DNA from: Candidatus Bilamarchaeaceae archaeon
Lineage (GTDB): Archaea; Micrarchaeota; Micrarchaeia; Anstonellales; Bilamarchaeaceae
Assembly: GCA_038870635.1 (NCBI GenBank)
Contig: JAVZJR010000003.1
Location: 1 to 64,000, forward strand
Direction of reading: 5' to 3'
Length of the DNA: 64,000 bases
Position numbers and translations under genes: made by a program. Shown here piece by piece: positions 1-10,173 of the stretch; position 1 is the first letter of the stretch, and each line of letters starts with the position of its first letter. The notes under the pieces are model-generated. The model did no database searches, was not told the origin of the DNA, and saw only the letters and a list, made by a program, of their open reading frames with translations.

Positions 1-508
1 CGGCATAACCATAAACGATTATTTCATTTGCGTCTTTGACAACATTAACAACATTGTCAATATTATTTTTATCTGCAAAAATAACATAAGCACCTTTTAA
101 TGCAGCATAAGACATGGTTGATAAAGCGCCGTCAGCATATGCAGAATCTACAATTATAAATTTTTTAGCACCAGAACGAACTGCAAGGTCAAGATTTGTT
201 TGTCCTCCATCGATTGACTCAAAAATCTGGACAGTGCTTCCTCTTCTCTCTATGGCCTGTTTTAATGTTGGGCTAACCGGCCTATCTTTTGACTGTATTA
301 AAAGCACTTCTTTTCCTTTTCCAACTTTCATTGCAAGAAATTCCGCATCCCCATTTGGATAAGCCATAAACTTGACTGGCTCGTTTTTAACATTTGCATA
401 AAATATGCCGGAAAGCACGTCTCGCCCATCAATTGAATTTACGACAACATAATTCTCTGCGCTCGCAATGGCAAAAATCAAAAGCAAAAATAAAGCTATT
501 TTCTTCAT
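1..508 (-). CDS. Exported/surface protein, runs off window edge; possibly cell-wall-binding-2-like
   Basis: Own translation from ATG 508: MKKIALFLLLIFAIASAENYVVVNSIDGRDVLSGIFYA..., open to the edge, with a signal peptide; not in ORF track. Confidence 0.75.
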   Translation of the reverse strand, partial: MKKIALFLLLIFAIASAENYVVVNSIDGRDVLSGIFYANVKNEPVKFMAYPNGDAEFLAMKVGKGKEVLLIQSKDRPVSPTLKQAIERRGSTVQIFESIDGGQTNLDLAVRSGAKKFIIVDSAYADGALSTMSYAALKGAYVIFADKNNIDNVVNVVKDANEIIVYGYA

Positions 509-706
509 ATCAATCCCGCATTAACTACTTTAAAAAAGTTTAAAAACATAACTTTCTTGTTCACCGCGATATAAGAGCAATTTTTAACTTAAACAAAAAA
601 TAAAATTCGGGCAAACTAAACCTACAGTCAACCAAAAAATTTAGAAGAGTAAATAATAACCTTTGCCAACTTAATAAAAGAAAAGAAAAAAGAAAAAAGA
701 TTGCCT

Positions 707-1399
707 TTAGTTAAGTTCTGCGTAGAAGTAATAAGTCTCTGTTTCAGAGCCCAGTGTTGTTGGTACTATAAGTTCATAGTCTGCTGCCACTCCGGCATAG
801 TTTGTACCTGCTTGGTTTATTGCTGAACAGAATGCAAAGTCTGTTTCACCAGTTCCACCTGTACGAACAATGGCGCAGGTTTCAAAAGTACTAGAACCAG
901 CGTGATCTGCGGTAGCAGTATCACTTATAGAATTAGATGGATTATAGAACGTTATATCACAAGTTGATAATGTGAAAGTATTTGTAGCATTATCTGTGGC
1001 ACTACCGAAATCCCATGCACTGTTTATAGCAGCTGCAGTAGTACCCTCAGCACTTGCAAATGGGAAGTTATTATTGGTGGAAACACAAACCCAACCGCTA
1101 GGTGCTGATGCAGTCCATCTAAATAGGTAAGAAGTTGTAGCATTACCAGCATCTGTTAAATATATATAACCATCAACCGGACCAAAGAAACCTGCCCATC
1201 TGTCTGTAAGCGTTCCAGCAGAGACATTTACTTGAGAAATATTTCCACCTTCAGTTGTTATAGATCCTGCGCTTGTTTCGCCACCCCATCTAGCTAAGTC
1301 TGCGTCTCTTGTTGCAGTTGCATTTGATATTGCCATCACTAATCCGCTTCCAAGAAGCAAAAGCCCTAGGAAGACAAATAAAAACTTTTTATATCCCAT
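707..1399 (-). CDS. Secreted Thr/Ala/Gly-rich beta protein (putative surface structural subunit)
   Basis: AGGTGA RBS before ATG 1399; signal peptide; GGNISQVN...TDRWAGFFG motif; no Lys in mature part. Confidence 0.75.
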   Translation of the reverse strand: MGYKKFLFVFLGLLLLGSGLVMAISNATATRDADLARWGGETSAGSITTEGGNISQVNVSAGTLTDRWAGFFGPVDGYIYLTDAGNATTSYLFRWTASAPSGWVCVSTNNNFPFASAEGTTAAAINSAWDFGSATDNATNTFTLSTCDITFYNPSNSISDTATADHAGSSTFETCAIVRTGGTGETDFAFCSAINQAGTNYAGVAADYELIVPTTLGSETETYYFYAELN

Positions 1400-1526
1400 T
1401 AATTCACCTTTCCTAAGTATTTTTTTCTGTTTCATAAACAACTATAATATTTAAAAATGTTTCTTTTTCTTTACAGAAGAAAACATTTATAAACACCACT
1501 TTTCATATATAATATGGTGATTAAAT

Positions 1527-1685
1527 ATGGCAGTATGTGGTAATATTGAAATAAATCCGAAAATGGTCAGTATAAACAAAAAAACAGTTAAAAATAAAAA
1601 AGATGTAAAAAAACACGAACCATTGCTTGAAAAAGTTAATGATAAAACAAAAAAATACGGTGGAACATGTGGAAACATTGAATAA
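1527..1685 (+). CDS. 52-aa small protein with CGNIE at both termini
   Basis: GGTGAT RBS at 1516-1521; MAVCGNIE...YGGTCGNIE*. Confidence 0.6.
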   Translation: MAVCGNIEINPKMVSINKKTVKNKKDVKKHEPLLEKVNDKTKKYGGTCGNIE

Positions 1686-1766
1686 ATAACGACAAATAAC
1701 GTAATAATCTACATCTAACCACTATTTTTTAAAATACTTCCAATATAAATTATTTTTGGTGGTGGA

Positions 1767-3401
1767 TTGTCAGACGAATTTTTTATAAGGGGAAAAAAGG
1801 AATTAAAGCAAAAAAGCATAGAAGTAAAAATAGAGACAACAATCACCTCTTTTCTTATGGATGACGATGCCAATTACATATATTATAGTAAAACAGGGGG
1901 CTTTGTACCGCCTTCACAGGCTCTTGATACCATACTTACAAATCCAATACATTACGGGGCAGGCTTATTCGAAGGCATGCGGTATTACTACTCTCCTTAT
2001 GGTACAGTTATTGTTGAGCCATGGCAAAATATCGCAAGAATGATGCATTCTGCTACTTTTTTCAGCCCGATACTGGCAACCGAAATAAAGAAAATATTTG
2101 AAAAAGAGCAAAATGTGGAAGAGATAAGACTAGATAAAATAACACCAAGACAATATTACGCTTTGGCTGAAATAGCATATAAAGAAGGAAAAAATCCATC
2201 ATTCCCTATAACCATAATAAGAAATATGGCAGGAAATAAGGTCAGCGAAAAAAGACTTATAGAGTTAAATCTGAAAGCAGTTTGCGGAGCCAAAATAAAA
2301 CTATATGATATGACCGAGATAGATAATATAATAAAAATACTGGCTTTTGCAAATAAACTTGTTTCTATTGATTATTTTCCAGAAAGATTAGAAATGGTAT
2401 TGTCTGGTTATATACGACCATTTGCTTGGGTTTCAGGTGAAAAAGGGTTAAAAGTGCCAACAATATTAAAAACAAAAGATGGCCTTGAAAACAAACCAAT
2501 GTATTTTGCAGTTGCTACTCTCCCGTGGGGTGTTTATCTTAACGAAGATGATTATGCTAGAGGACTTGATGTCCTTATTGGCCCGTACAAAAGATTAGGA
2601 AAGGATATGCCATCAGATGCAAAGATAGCAGGAAATTATGTTAATTCAGCATTGAACATAAATCTTGGCGCAATGTTTGGGTATGGTGAAATATTGGCAT
2701 TAAACAACGGGGGGAGAGTCGTAGAAGGCTCAGCAGAAAATCTTTTCGTCATTTACAAAACAGGAAATAAAATATCTGTTTACACTCCTCCAACAGGTAG
2801 CGGCTGTTTACCAGGAACAACAAGGGACAGAATAATAAGAACCCTTGAAAGCGTAGGAGCAACAATAACATACCGCGCACCTACTTTGAATGAATTATAC
2901 AACGCAGATGGGGTTTTATTGAGTGGGACTGGGGCACAAATGATTCATGTGCGAAGTGTAAGTGAACTAAAAGCGGCTGATAAAATCGCCGAGATGATGC
3001 ATCTTCAGCCAGAAAATAAAAAATCAAAATACTTGAGCATTAAAAAAGAGGATTTCTCAGAGAAGAAAAAGTTGATAAACAACGGGGAAAGACACGAAAT
3101 AATAGATTTTATAAGAAAAAAATACGAAGAGATGCTCCTAAAAGATTCACAAGCATTAGAACCAGTATACAACATAAACATCGAAGCAATATGTAAAGCA
3201 CTTGATTTAGAGAAGCACGACATAGCAAGTAAAGAGGATATAGAAAACGAAAGAGCAGGGTATTTCAAAGAAAGGATAAACGGATTAAAACAGCCAGAAG
3301 AACTTATGGAAAGAACAAAGCGCGCAGCATGCATAGTTAAAAAAGCAATAGAGAAGAGTGAAAGAAAAAGATTGCAGAGTATTACGACAATAAAAAAATG
3401 A
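1767..3401 (+). CDS. Class IV PLP aminotransferase (IlvE/BCAT-like), enlarged
   Basis: HYGAGLFEGMR, AKIAGNY (PLP lysine), EGSAENLF, LPGTTR, SGTGAQ motifs; TTG start after GGTGG. Confidence 0.85.
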   Translation: MSDEFFIRGKKELKQKSIEVKIETTITSFLMDDDANYIYYSKTGGFVPPSQALDTILTNPIHYGAGLFEGMRYYYSPYGTVIVEPWQNIARMMHSATFFSPILATEIKKIFEKEQNVEEIRLDKITPRQYYALAEIAYKEGKNPSFPITIIRNMAGNKVSEKRLIELNLKAVCGAKIKLYDMTEIDNIIKILAFANKLVSIDYFPERLEMVLSGYIRPFAWVSGEKGLKVPTILKTKDGLENKPMYFAVATLPWGVYLNEDDYARGLDVLIGPYKRLGKDMPSDAKIAGNYVNSALNINLGAMFGYGEILALNNGGRVVEGSAENLFVIYKTGNKISVYTPPTGSGCLPGTTRDRIIRTLESVGATITYRAPTLNELYNADGVLLSGTGAQMIHVRSVSELKAADKIAEMMHLQPENKKSKYLSIKKEDFSEKKKLINNGERHEIIDFIRKKYEEMLLKDSQALEPVYNINIEAICKALDLEKHDIASKEDIENERAGYFKERINGLKQPEELMERTKRAACIVKKAIEKSERKRLQSITTIKK

Positions 3402-3436
3402 TAAAGATTTAAAACACACTGATTAAATAAAAACAG

Positions 3437-5149
3437 ATGACTCCTGTTATTGATGTTTGGGCGATAGTTGTATTCTCATTACTCGGTGTCCTTTTCGCAA
3501 ATAGATTAGGGCTTCCATCAGCTATAGGAGTATTGGTTTTTGGTGCGCTCATAGGACCACACGGTCTTAACATAGTACACGAGAATGAAGTGATAGAAGT
3601 TTTCTCTGAGATGGGTGCCATCTTCCTTCTTTTTTTCATTGGGTTAGAATTCTCAATTGAGAAATTAGTGCGAAGAGGATTGCGCGCTCTTTCTCTTTTT
3701 ATTTTTAAGATAGGCCTAACATTTTTATTCGCTTACATCGCTGCACTCTTACTAAATTTTGATGTTTTCAACAGCATCTTAATTGGAATAATAATGTCTT
3801 TTAGCAGTACTGCGATATTCGCACGCTTCTTACAAGACATAGGCACTAAAAACAAAAAAGAGGCACAGATACTCACAGCAGTATTGATAATGGAAGACAT
3901 TGCTGCAGTTTTTCTTTTGGCTATTTTTGCACAGTTAAAAAATATCGGGACAATTTCAATAAGTGCAGTAATTGTGCCAACACTAATCTCTCTTGTTATA
4001 TTTTCATTCTCCTACATAATACTTCGTTCTATTGTTAAAATATTTATAGAGAGATTCGTAAATGAGAACAACACTGAAAGCCTTCTATTCACAGCGCTTT
4101 CTCTTTGCGCCCTTTTTGCCTCTCTGGGTGCTTTCTTTGGTTTGCCAATTTCTATAGGTGCATTCTTAGCTGGAAATATTTTCTCATCAACAGCAATATT
4201 AAAAAAATCAAAAAACCTCTTAACTAACTTCATAATAGTTTTCTCTTCATTTTTCTTCTTCTCGATAGGAATGCTTATAGACCTTACTGCAATCAGCACC
4301 ATATGGCCACTTCTTATTGTTTTCTTTGTGCTTGCTATAGTGATAAAGTTTTTTTCAATGTCACTTCCATCTTATCTTTTTGGTTTTGATAGCAAAGGCG
4401 CTGCTTTTTCAGGTGTGATGATGCTTACAATAAGCGAATTTGCGCTCATAATAGCAAAAGAAGCGAATCCACTCACCGCGTTTGATATCGTAACATTAAG
4501 TGGTTCGCTTCTCTTCCTAACCGCATTATCGTCAGGCGTCCTGTATAAAAAATACGAAAAAATAGACTACCTTATAAATGCACTTTTACCCAAAAAGATA
4601 AAAGAAAGAATGCACTCGTTTTCATTATATCTTCAAAATGTATTTGAGAGTTTTGAACCGGGCGGCTTTTTCTATAACACCGCGTCAATAGAATTCAAAA
4701 GAATAAGCTTCAATACCATACTGGTGATAATGATAAATGCCATTCTTCTCCTTTTACTTAACTTTATTGATACGATAGCATCCATACTTGGTCTCCGTGC
4801 TATCATAGGTCATAGTATACCTCTCTTCTTCATAGGTGCATCGATAATGCTTTCCGCTTATCCAATATTCCTTATCGCCAGATCTATAAAAAACATATTT
4901 GTTGAATTTCCCCGTGCATTCCACATGGCCCATCGCAATTACATTAGTGTTTCAAGAAGAGCATATTTTGACCTCTTTATGTTTTTCTTGTTTTTCACAT
5001 TTGCGCTTTTTTTTCCGGTATTTTTCACTCTTATTTCCTTGCCCGTGTTTATGCAACTTGCTGCACTAATCCCGCTCTTAATAAGTTTTGCGTTTGCGCT
5101 TGATTTAGGAAGTGTTCTTATTAATTATATCCGCCATAGAAAAGAATAA
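3437..5149 (+). CDS. CPA2-family cation:proton antiporter with extra C-terminal TM helices
   Basis: LLFFIGLEFS, SSTAI, LIMEDIAAV, IGAFLAG, SEFALII motifs. Confidence 0.9.
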   Translation: MTPVIDVWAIVVFSLLGVLFANRLGLPSAIGVLVFGALIGPHGLNIVHENEVIEVFSEMGAIFLLFFIGLEFSIEKLVRRGLRALSLFIFKIGLTFLFAYIAALLLNFDVFNSILIGIIMSFSSTAIFARFLQDIGTKNKKEAQILTAVLIMEDIAAVFLLAIFAQLKNIGTISISAVIVPTLISLVIFSFSYIILRSIVKIFIERFVNENNTESLLFTALSLCALFASLGAFFGLPISIGAFLAGNIFSSTAILKKSKNLLTNFIIVFSSFFFFSIGMLIDLTAISTIWPLLIVFFVLAIVIKFFSMSLPSYLFGFDSKGAAFSGVMMLTISEFALIIAKEANPLTAFDIVTLSGSLLFLTALSSGVLYKKYEKIDYLINALLPKKIKERMHSFSLYLQNVFESFEPGGFFYNTASIEFKRISFNTILVIMINAILLLLLNFIDTIASILGLRAIIGHSIPLFFIGASIMLSAYPIFLIARSIKNIFVEFPRAFHMAHRNYISVSRRAYFDLFMFFLFFTFALFFPVFFTLISLPVFMQLAALIPLLISFAFALDLGSVLINYIRHRKE

Positions 5150-5173
5150 ATTATTAGCACTCGTAAGTGATTC

Positions 5174-6415
5174 ATGATAACATTGGATTGTCTTGGCGCA
5201 GCTGGAGAAGTCGGCAGAAGCGCCTTTCTTCTAAAAACCGACAAACGCCTTCTTCTTGATTATGGTGTAAAGATTTTTGATATTTCTGGAAAACCACGTT
5301 TCCCAAGCGAGGACGTAGAAGTAGATGCGATGCTGCTCAGCCACGCACACCTTGACCATAGTGGCTTTGTGCCTGCGCTCTATAAACGAAATCAAAAAAT
5401 AAGGTGGTTTGCTACACCACCAACAGAAGAGATATGCGAACTCCTGTGGTATGACTCAATGAAAATAATGGGAGAAAACCTACCGTACTCTCAGCAACAT
5501 TTCAAAAAAGCGCTTTCTAACTGGAGCCCGATGCTTTACGGGCAGCCTTTGCAATTTGGAGAAACAGAAGTTATGTTAAACGATGCTGGCCACATAGCAG
5601 GAGCAGGAATAATAAGCATAGAATACAACAATAAAAAAATAGTTTATACAGGTGATTTTAAGTTAGAAGACACAAGAATGCACAAAGGCGCAAAAACAAT
5701 AAAAGGCGCGGATGTTTTAATAATAGAGAGTACTTATGCTGATAGAGAACATCCAAACAGAAAAGAAATAGAATTAGAAATAATAAAACAGATAGAAGAA
5801 ACTGTCGAAGAAGGCGGAAGCGCTCTTTTTCCAGCATTCTCTCTTGGAAGAACGCAGGAACTTATCGCATTGATAAGACATTACAACAGAGAGGTACCAA
5901 TATTCGTAGATGGTATGGGAAAAGATATAACTCAGATTTATCTTCGTTATGGAAATTACATAAAAGATATTGGTGCATTTAGAAAAGCAGTTAATAGCGT
6001 TGTAATGATAGAAAGAAGAGACCAAAAAGCAGAAGCTACACGAACGCCAGGAGTGATAATAGCAAGTGCAGGAATGCTCATGGGCGGACCAATGGTCAAT
6101 TATTTATTCAATGCAAATAACAAATCAAGAATAATATTCACTGGGTATAACGTAGAGGGAAGCAATGGTTGGTCATTGCTAAACAAAGGTACTATAATAG
6201 TTGACGGACAGGAATTAGCAGTTGATCTTCCAGCACAATATCTTGACCTTTCAGCTCATGCAGGCAGAAGCGATCTCTTAAAATTCATAAACGATGCATC
6301 GCCCGAGAAAATAATATTAGTCCATGGGGATAAACCTGACCTATTCGCAGCAGAGCTCCAAGCAGCAGGATATGATGCGGTAGCACCTAAGATTGGTGAA
6401 AAAATTTCAATCTAA
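5174..6415 (+). CDS. Beta-CASP metallo-beta-lactamase ribonuclease (aCPSF2-like)
   Basis: EVGRS, SHAHLDHSG, AGHIAG, YTGD, IESTY, SAHAG, VHG. Confidence 0.9.
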   Translation: MITLDCLGAAGEVGRSAFLLKTDKRLLLDYGVKIFDISGKPRFPSEDVEVDAMLLSHAHLDHSGFVPALYKRNQKIRWFATPPTEEICELLWYDSMKIMGENLPYSQQHFKKALSNWSPMLYGQPLQFGETEVMLNDAGHIAGAGIISIEYNNKKIVYTGDFKLEDTRMHKGAKTIKGADVLIIESTYADREHPNRKEIELEIIKQIEETVEEGGSALFPAFSLGRTQELIALIRHYNREVPIFVDGMGKDITQIYLRYGNYIKDIGAFRKAVNSVVMIERRDQKAEATRTPGVIIASAGMLMGGPMVNYLFNANNKSRIIFTGYNVEGSNGWSLLNKGTIIVDGQELAVDLPAQYLDLSAHAGRSDLLKFINDASPEKIILVHGDKPDLFAAELQAAGYDAVAPKIGEKISI

Positions 6416-7651
6416 CTCAACACAAGCTTCTGAAAGCGGCAGATGGCTAAGGTTGTCTTTATTGCGTAAAAGCACTTCTTCAACAGCCTTAACTATTCCT
6501 TTCTTTTCAAAATTAACAATAGCTATCAATCGACCATTTTTCTCTTTAAAAACGCAGCCGCTATGCGCTTTTCTAAACCGCATCGCGTGTTCTTTAAAAG
6601 AAAGGGGCGGTCCAACTATTTCTTTTTTTCCTCCACTTTCTTTTTTTCTCGCCAAGATGGCCATTATAATCTCACAATTAGCATGAGCAATTATGGAAGA
6701 GATACCATAATCAATTAATTCGCGCTTTAATATACTGATTAATCTTTTTACTTGTCCCCATAAAACATCATCAACAACTTCTGGTTTTTTGAATCTTACA
6801 AAAACCACAAACTTTTTTCTCCTTAAAGATCTTAACCTTTCATCAAAAGTTTTTTCACCGGCAAAATACTTCTCAGATGGTTTTTTTAAGAAAGCACGGG
6901 CAAGTCGTATAAATTTCTTAAAGTTCTCTTCGCTAACAGGTGCGGCTACATTTCTGTTTTTGTCAGTCGGGTCAATAACGATAAAACTTTTATTGAATTT
7001 TTCTACAAGTTTGCGGTAGTCACTTTTTTTGTAATATTTTTTTAAATCAATGATAACAGGAATCTGCCATTTTGAAGCATTTCTAAGAGTTTTTAAAAAA
7101 CTTCCATAACGTATAACCAAAAGTTCGCAGAGATAACCGGAAAATCCTTCTACACGTATCTCTGCTCCGTACAATCCTGCTGTTTTAAGAAACTTTTTTA
7201 ACAAGCGCACTTCGTCTTTTTGCTTTTCTTTAAGGTTTTTTAAAATGAATTTAGTGTGAAGAACAGAACGATCAACCGCAGTGAGAAGACTATCACCAAC
7301 TGCAATCTTATATGCAGGCACAACATCTACTTTTTTCCCAAGATAATGAAACTTTATATAAGGATGTTCAGCATAATTCATCTGATAGGAAAGAGAAGGA
7401 AATGCCTTTTTGAAAATTTTCTCTAATCTTTCTTTCATTTCTTCTTTGCTGATTTTTTTCTTGAATAATATAAAAATATCTATATCTCCTTCTCCTGCCA
7501 AAGCTGTGTCTTTTGCAACCGAACCTGCGAGTACAATTTCCTGTCTTGATGCCTTTCTTAATCTCATTGCAATCTCATTTGAGATTTTCTTTATTGAATA
7601 TTCTTCTTTTTTTGATGGACGAATTTTAGCGAGAATGTGTCCTAAATTCAT
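6407..7651 (-). CDS. cca: Archaeal CCA-adding enzyme
   Basis: GSVAKDT..GDIDIF, YAEHPY, DVVPAY, GFSGYLCELL, DPTDKNRNVAA. Confidence 0.95.
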   Translation of the reverse strand: MNLGHILAKIRPSKKEEYSIKKISNEIAMRLRKASRQEIVLAGSVAKDTALAGEGDIDIFILFKKKISKEEMKERLEKIFKKAFPSLSYQMNYAEHPYIKFHYLGKKVDVVPAYKIAVGDSLLTAVDRSVLHTKFILKNLKEKQKDEVRLLKKFLKTAGLYGAEIRVEGFSGYLCELLVIRYGSFLKTLRNASKWQIPVIIDLKKYYKKSDYRKLVEKFNKSFIVIDPTDKNRNVAAPVSEENFKKFIRLARAFLKKPSEKYFAGEKTFDERLRSLRRKKFVVFVRFKKPEVVDDVLWGQVKRLISILKRELIDYGISSIIAHANCEIIMAILARKKESGGKKEIVGPPLSFKEHAMRFRKAHSGCVFKEKNGRLIAIVNFEKKGIVKAVEEVLLRNKDNLSHLPLSEACVELD

Positions 7652-7702
7652 AGATAACCTTCAACGTCTTTAAATTAAAACGTTTCGCACATAAGGGAAT
7701 GT

Positions 7703-8728
7703 ATGAAGATAATTCATTATGATGAAAAAGAAGGAGAGATGAAGATTGCGGTAGATAGCCTAGAAGATATGTGGCATCTCTCCAAAATAATCAGAGAAGG
7801 AGATGAAGTGGAAGGCTCTACTTTTCGTACTTACAAGGTTGGAAAAACAGAAGAAAAAAAGCACGTCAAGATTAGGATAAAAACAGAAAGAGTGGAATTT
7901 GCTGAGGCAGCGAATAGGTTGCGTGTGCTTGGAAAAATAACATGGGGAGAACCAGAAGAATTTGTCCAATTGGGAAAACATCACACCATAGATATTGCAG
8001 CTGGTGATAAAATAAAGATAAAAAGAAAATGGATGGCGCATGAGTTAAAACGCTTGAGAGAAGCAGAGAAAGAAACAAAAAAACCAAAGCTAAACGTAAT
8101 ATTGCTTGACGAAGAGCATGCATTATTAGCATCTATAAAACCATACGGCGTGGATTTCGGAGCGGAATTTCACAACGCGGCGAGAAAAAAAAGTGATGAT
8201 TTTGACAAAAAGCAAGAGGAATATTTTAAGAAACTCACAGAAGAAATAGAAAGGTTTGAAGGTAAAACTGTTGTTGCTGGACCGGGTTTTGCAAAAGACA
8301 ACTTAAAAAAATATATAACAGAAAAAAAGCCAGAACTTTTAAAAAAAATAATTTTTGAAAGTTGCAGTTATGCAGAGCCAAGCGGAATAAAAGAACTGAT
8401 AAACAGAGGAGTAATCGAAAAAGCAGTAGGACTCGCAAGGTTTGAAAAAGAGGAAAGAGAAGTAGAAGATTTTTTTATGCATATATATAAGGAAACAGGA
8501 AAGGTAGTGTATGGTATAGAAGAAGTAAAAAAAGCAGTGGCTGAGGGTGCAGCAGAAAAGATTTTAGTTATAGATAGCCTTTTCAGAACTTCTGAAGAAA
8601 TACAAAAAATAATAGAAGATGCTGAAAAAACAGGCACTGATGTAATAGTTGTCGCGGCCGAAGGAGACCCTGGATTAAAGTTAAAGAATTTCGGTGGATT
8701 TGGCGCCATTCTCCGTTGGAGAATATGA
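7703..8728 (+). CDS. pelA: mRNA surveillance protein Pelota
   Basis: EDMWHL, RLRVLGKI, GKHHT, AGPGFAK, FGGFGAILRW. Confidence 0.95.
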   Translation: MKIIHYDEKEGEMKIAVDSLEDMWHLSKIIREGDEVEGSTFRTYKVGKTEEKKHVKIRIKTERVEFAEAANRLRVLGKITWGEPEEFVQLGKHHTIDIAAGDKIKIKRKWMAHELKRLREAEKETKKPKLNVILLDEEHALLASIKPYGVDFGAEFHNAARKKSDDFDKKQEEYFKKLTEEIERFEGKTVVAGPGFAKDNLKKYITEKKPELLKKIIFESCSYAEPSGIKELINRGVIEKAVGLARFEKEEREVEDFFMHIYKETGKVVYGIEEVKKAVAEGAAEKILVIDSLFRTSEEIQKIIEDAEKTGTDVIVVAAEGDPGLKLKNFGGFGAILRWRI

Positions 8729-8932
8729 TTAATTTGTCTTTAAGCCAAGGAGTTTATAGAGCGCACAAAAGCCAGTTATGCCAGTAAAAAGTAAGATTGC
8801 GCCAACAATGTAAAGTATGATGTCTAATGGCGACACAACATACCTGAGATAAGCAGCCACGATTAAAATTACGCCGGCGATAATTCTTGCTGCACGGTCT
8901 ATATCCCCTTCATTTTTCTCAAAGCCAAACAT
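8729..8932 (-). CDS. DUF2892 (YgaP-like) membrane protein
   Basis: KNEGDIDRAARI...TGITGFCALY..LG. Confidence 0.85.
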   Translation of the reverse strand: MFGFEKNEGDIDRAARIIAGVILIVAAYLRYVVSPLDIILYIVGAILLFTGITGFCALYKLLGLKTN

Positions 8933-9021
8933 AGAATCACAAAAATAATAGAAAATAAAGATTAATAAACAGCCTATTTTATAATATTAAACATTTATAT
9001 ACTGTTTAAAACACAATAAAT

Positions 9022-9834
9022 ATGGTCATTATGTTGTTTTTTAATAGTAGAGAAACGCAAAAAGAACAAGTTCAAAAAAATAAGTTTAAGTTATTCTCAA
9101 AACTAAAAGTTTTAATTGAGAGAAACAAAGATAATGAGAAAAACAAAAGTGAGCAATCACAAAATAAAGAAACAACACAAACAACAAAAAAAACAGAGAG
9201 AGTATCTATAGCAAAAGAAGAAAAGAAAAAAAGCTCAACATACATAAACTTAGTTGATATCGCACTTGACGGCTATGATGATATATTTTCTGACTTTGAC
9301 CCATCCCCCTACTCCAAAAGAGAGTTATCAAAAGACTTTGTAAAAGAAGTAGAAAGAAGGTACAGCCTCACACGTGGTGGCCAAATAGAGGTTGTTTTCT
9401 CACTTCCAAAAAAATTAAGAAACACAAAAGACGAAGCAACAATAAAGGAAAGAATAAGAGAGTATTTTCAGTGGAAGATGAATGAGGTTGAAGAGGAAGC
9501 TATTAAGAAACAGAAATTAGGTGGATTGCTGATAGGTGTTGGAGTTGTATTTATTACAATATCAAATATCATAGGCTTATACAGCGAGAATAGCTTTTTC
9601 CTAAAAATACTGCACGAAATAACCCTTGTGCCTGGTTGGGTTGGCGAATTTGTAGGAATAGAAAAGTTATTACTTGAGAGTAATGAGATAAGACAAAAAA
9701 AAGCGTTTTATGAAAAGTTTAGAGATGCAATTTACATATTCGTATCTGAGGAAGACGTAGTAAAGAAAATGGCGGATGCGATAACACCGCAAAAGGAAAG
9801 TGAAAACAAAGAACAAAAAAAGATGGAGTTATAA
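9022..9834 (+). CDS. Hypothetical membrane protein (2 TM)
   Basis: Long ORF; FSDFDPSPYSKRELSKDF motif; two hydrophobic segments. Confidence 0.75.
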   Translation: MVIMLFFNSRETQKEQVQKNKFKLFSKLKVLIERNKDNEKNKSEQSQNKETTQTTKKTERVSIAKEEKKKSSTYINLVDIALDGYDDIFSDFDPSPYSKRELSKDFVKEVERRYSLTRGGQIEVVFSLPKKLRNTKDEATIKERIREYFQWKMNEVEEEAIKKQKLGGLLIGVGVVFITISNIIGLYSENSFFLKILHEITLVPGWVGEFVGIEKLLLESNEIRQKKAFYEKFRDAIYIFVSEEDVVKKMADAITPQKESENKEQKKMEL

Positions 9835-9856
9835 ATCCAAAAGAGGAAAACAAAAC

Positions 9857-10162
9857 ATGATAAAGAAAAAACACGTCTTAGAAAAACTAAAAGAAGTTTT
9901 AGACCCTGAACTAGGCATAAACATTGTTGATATGGGGTTCATATACAAGATAGAAGAGAAAAAGAAAAAAAATAATAAGCAGCAATTTTACATAGAGATG
10001 ACTTACACAACACCGATGTGTCCTTTGATGGGTTTCATAGAAGATGAAATAAAGAAAAAACTAGAAGAACTCGATGCTGATTTTGACATAAAGGTTGTTT
10101 TTGACCCGCCTTGGACGCCTGCGAAGATGAGTAAAAGCGCCAGAAAAAAACTCGGCATATAG
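9857..10162 (+). CDS. DUF59/MIP18-family Fe-S cluster assembly factor
   Basis: DPELGINIVDMG, TTPMCP, VFDPPWT; start moved to ATG 9857. Confidence 0.9.
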   Translation: MIKKKHVLEKLKEVLDPELGINIVDMGFIYKIEEKKKKNNKQQFYIEMTYTTPMCPLMGFIEDEIKKKLEELDADFDIKVVFDPPWTPAKMSKSARKKLGI

Positions 10163-10173
10163 TCAGTGAGAGG

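Noticed and set aside
114..362. 82-aa plus-strand ORF
   Set aside because: Shadow of the minus-strand exported protein at 1-508
1487..1678. 63-aa Phe-rich minus-strand ORF
   Set aside because: Antisense of the Lys-rich, RBS-bearing micro-ORF 1527-1685
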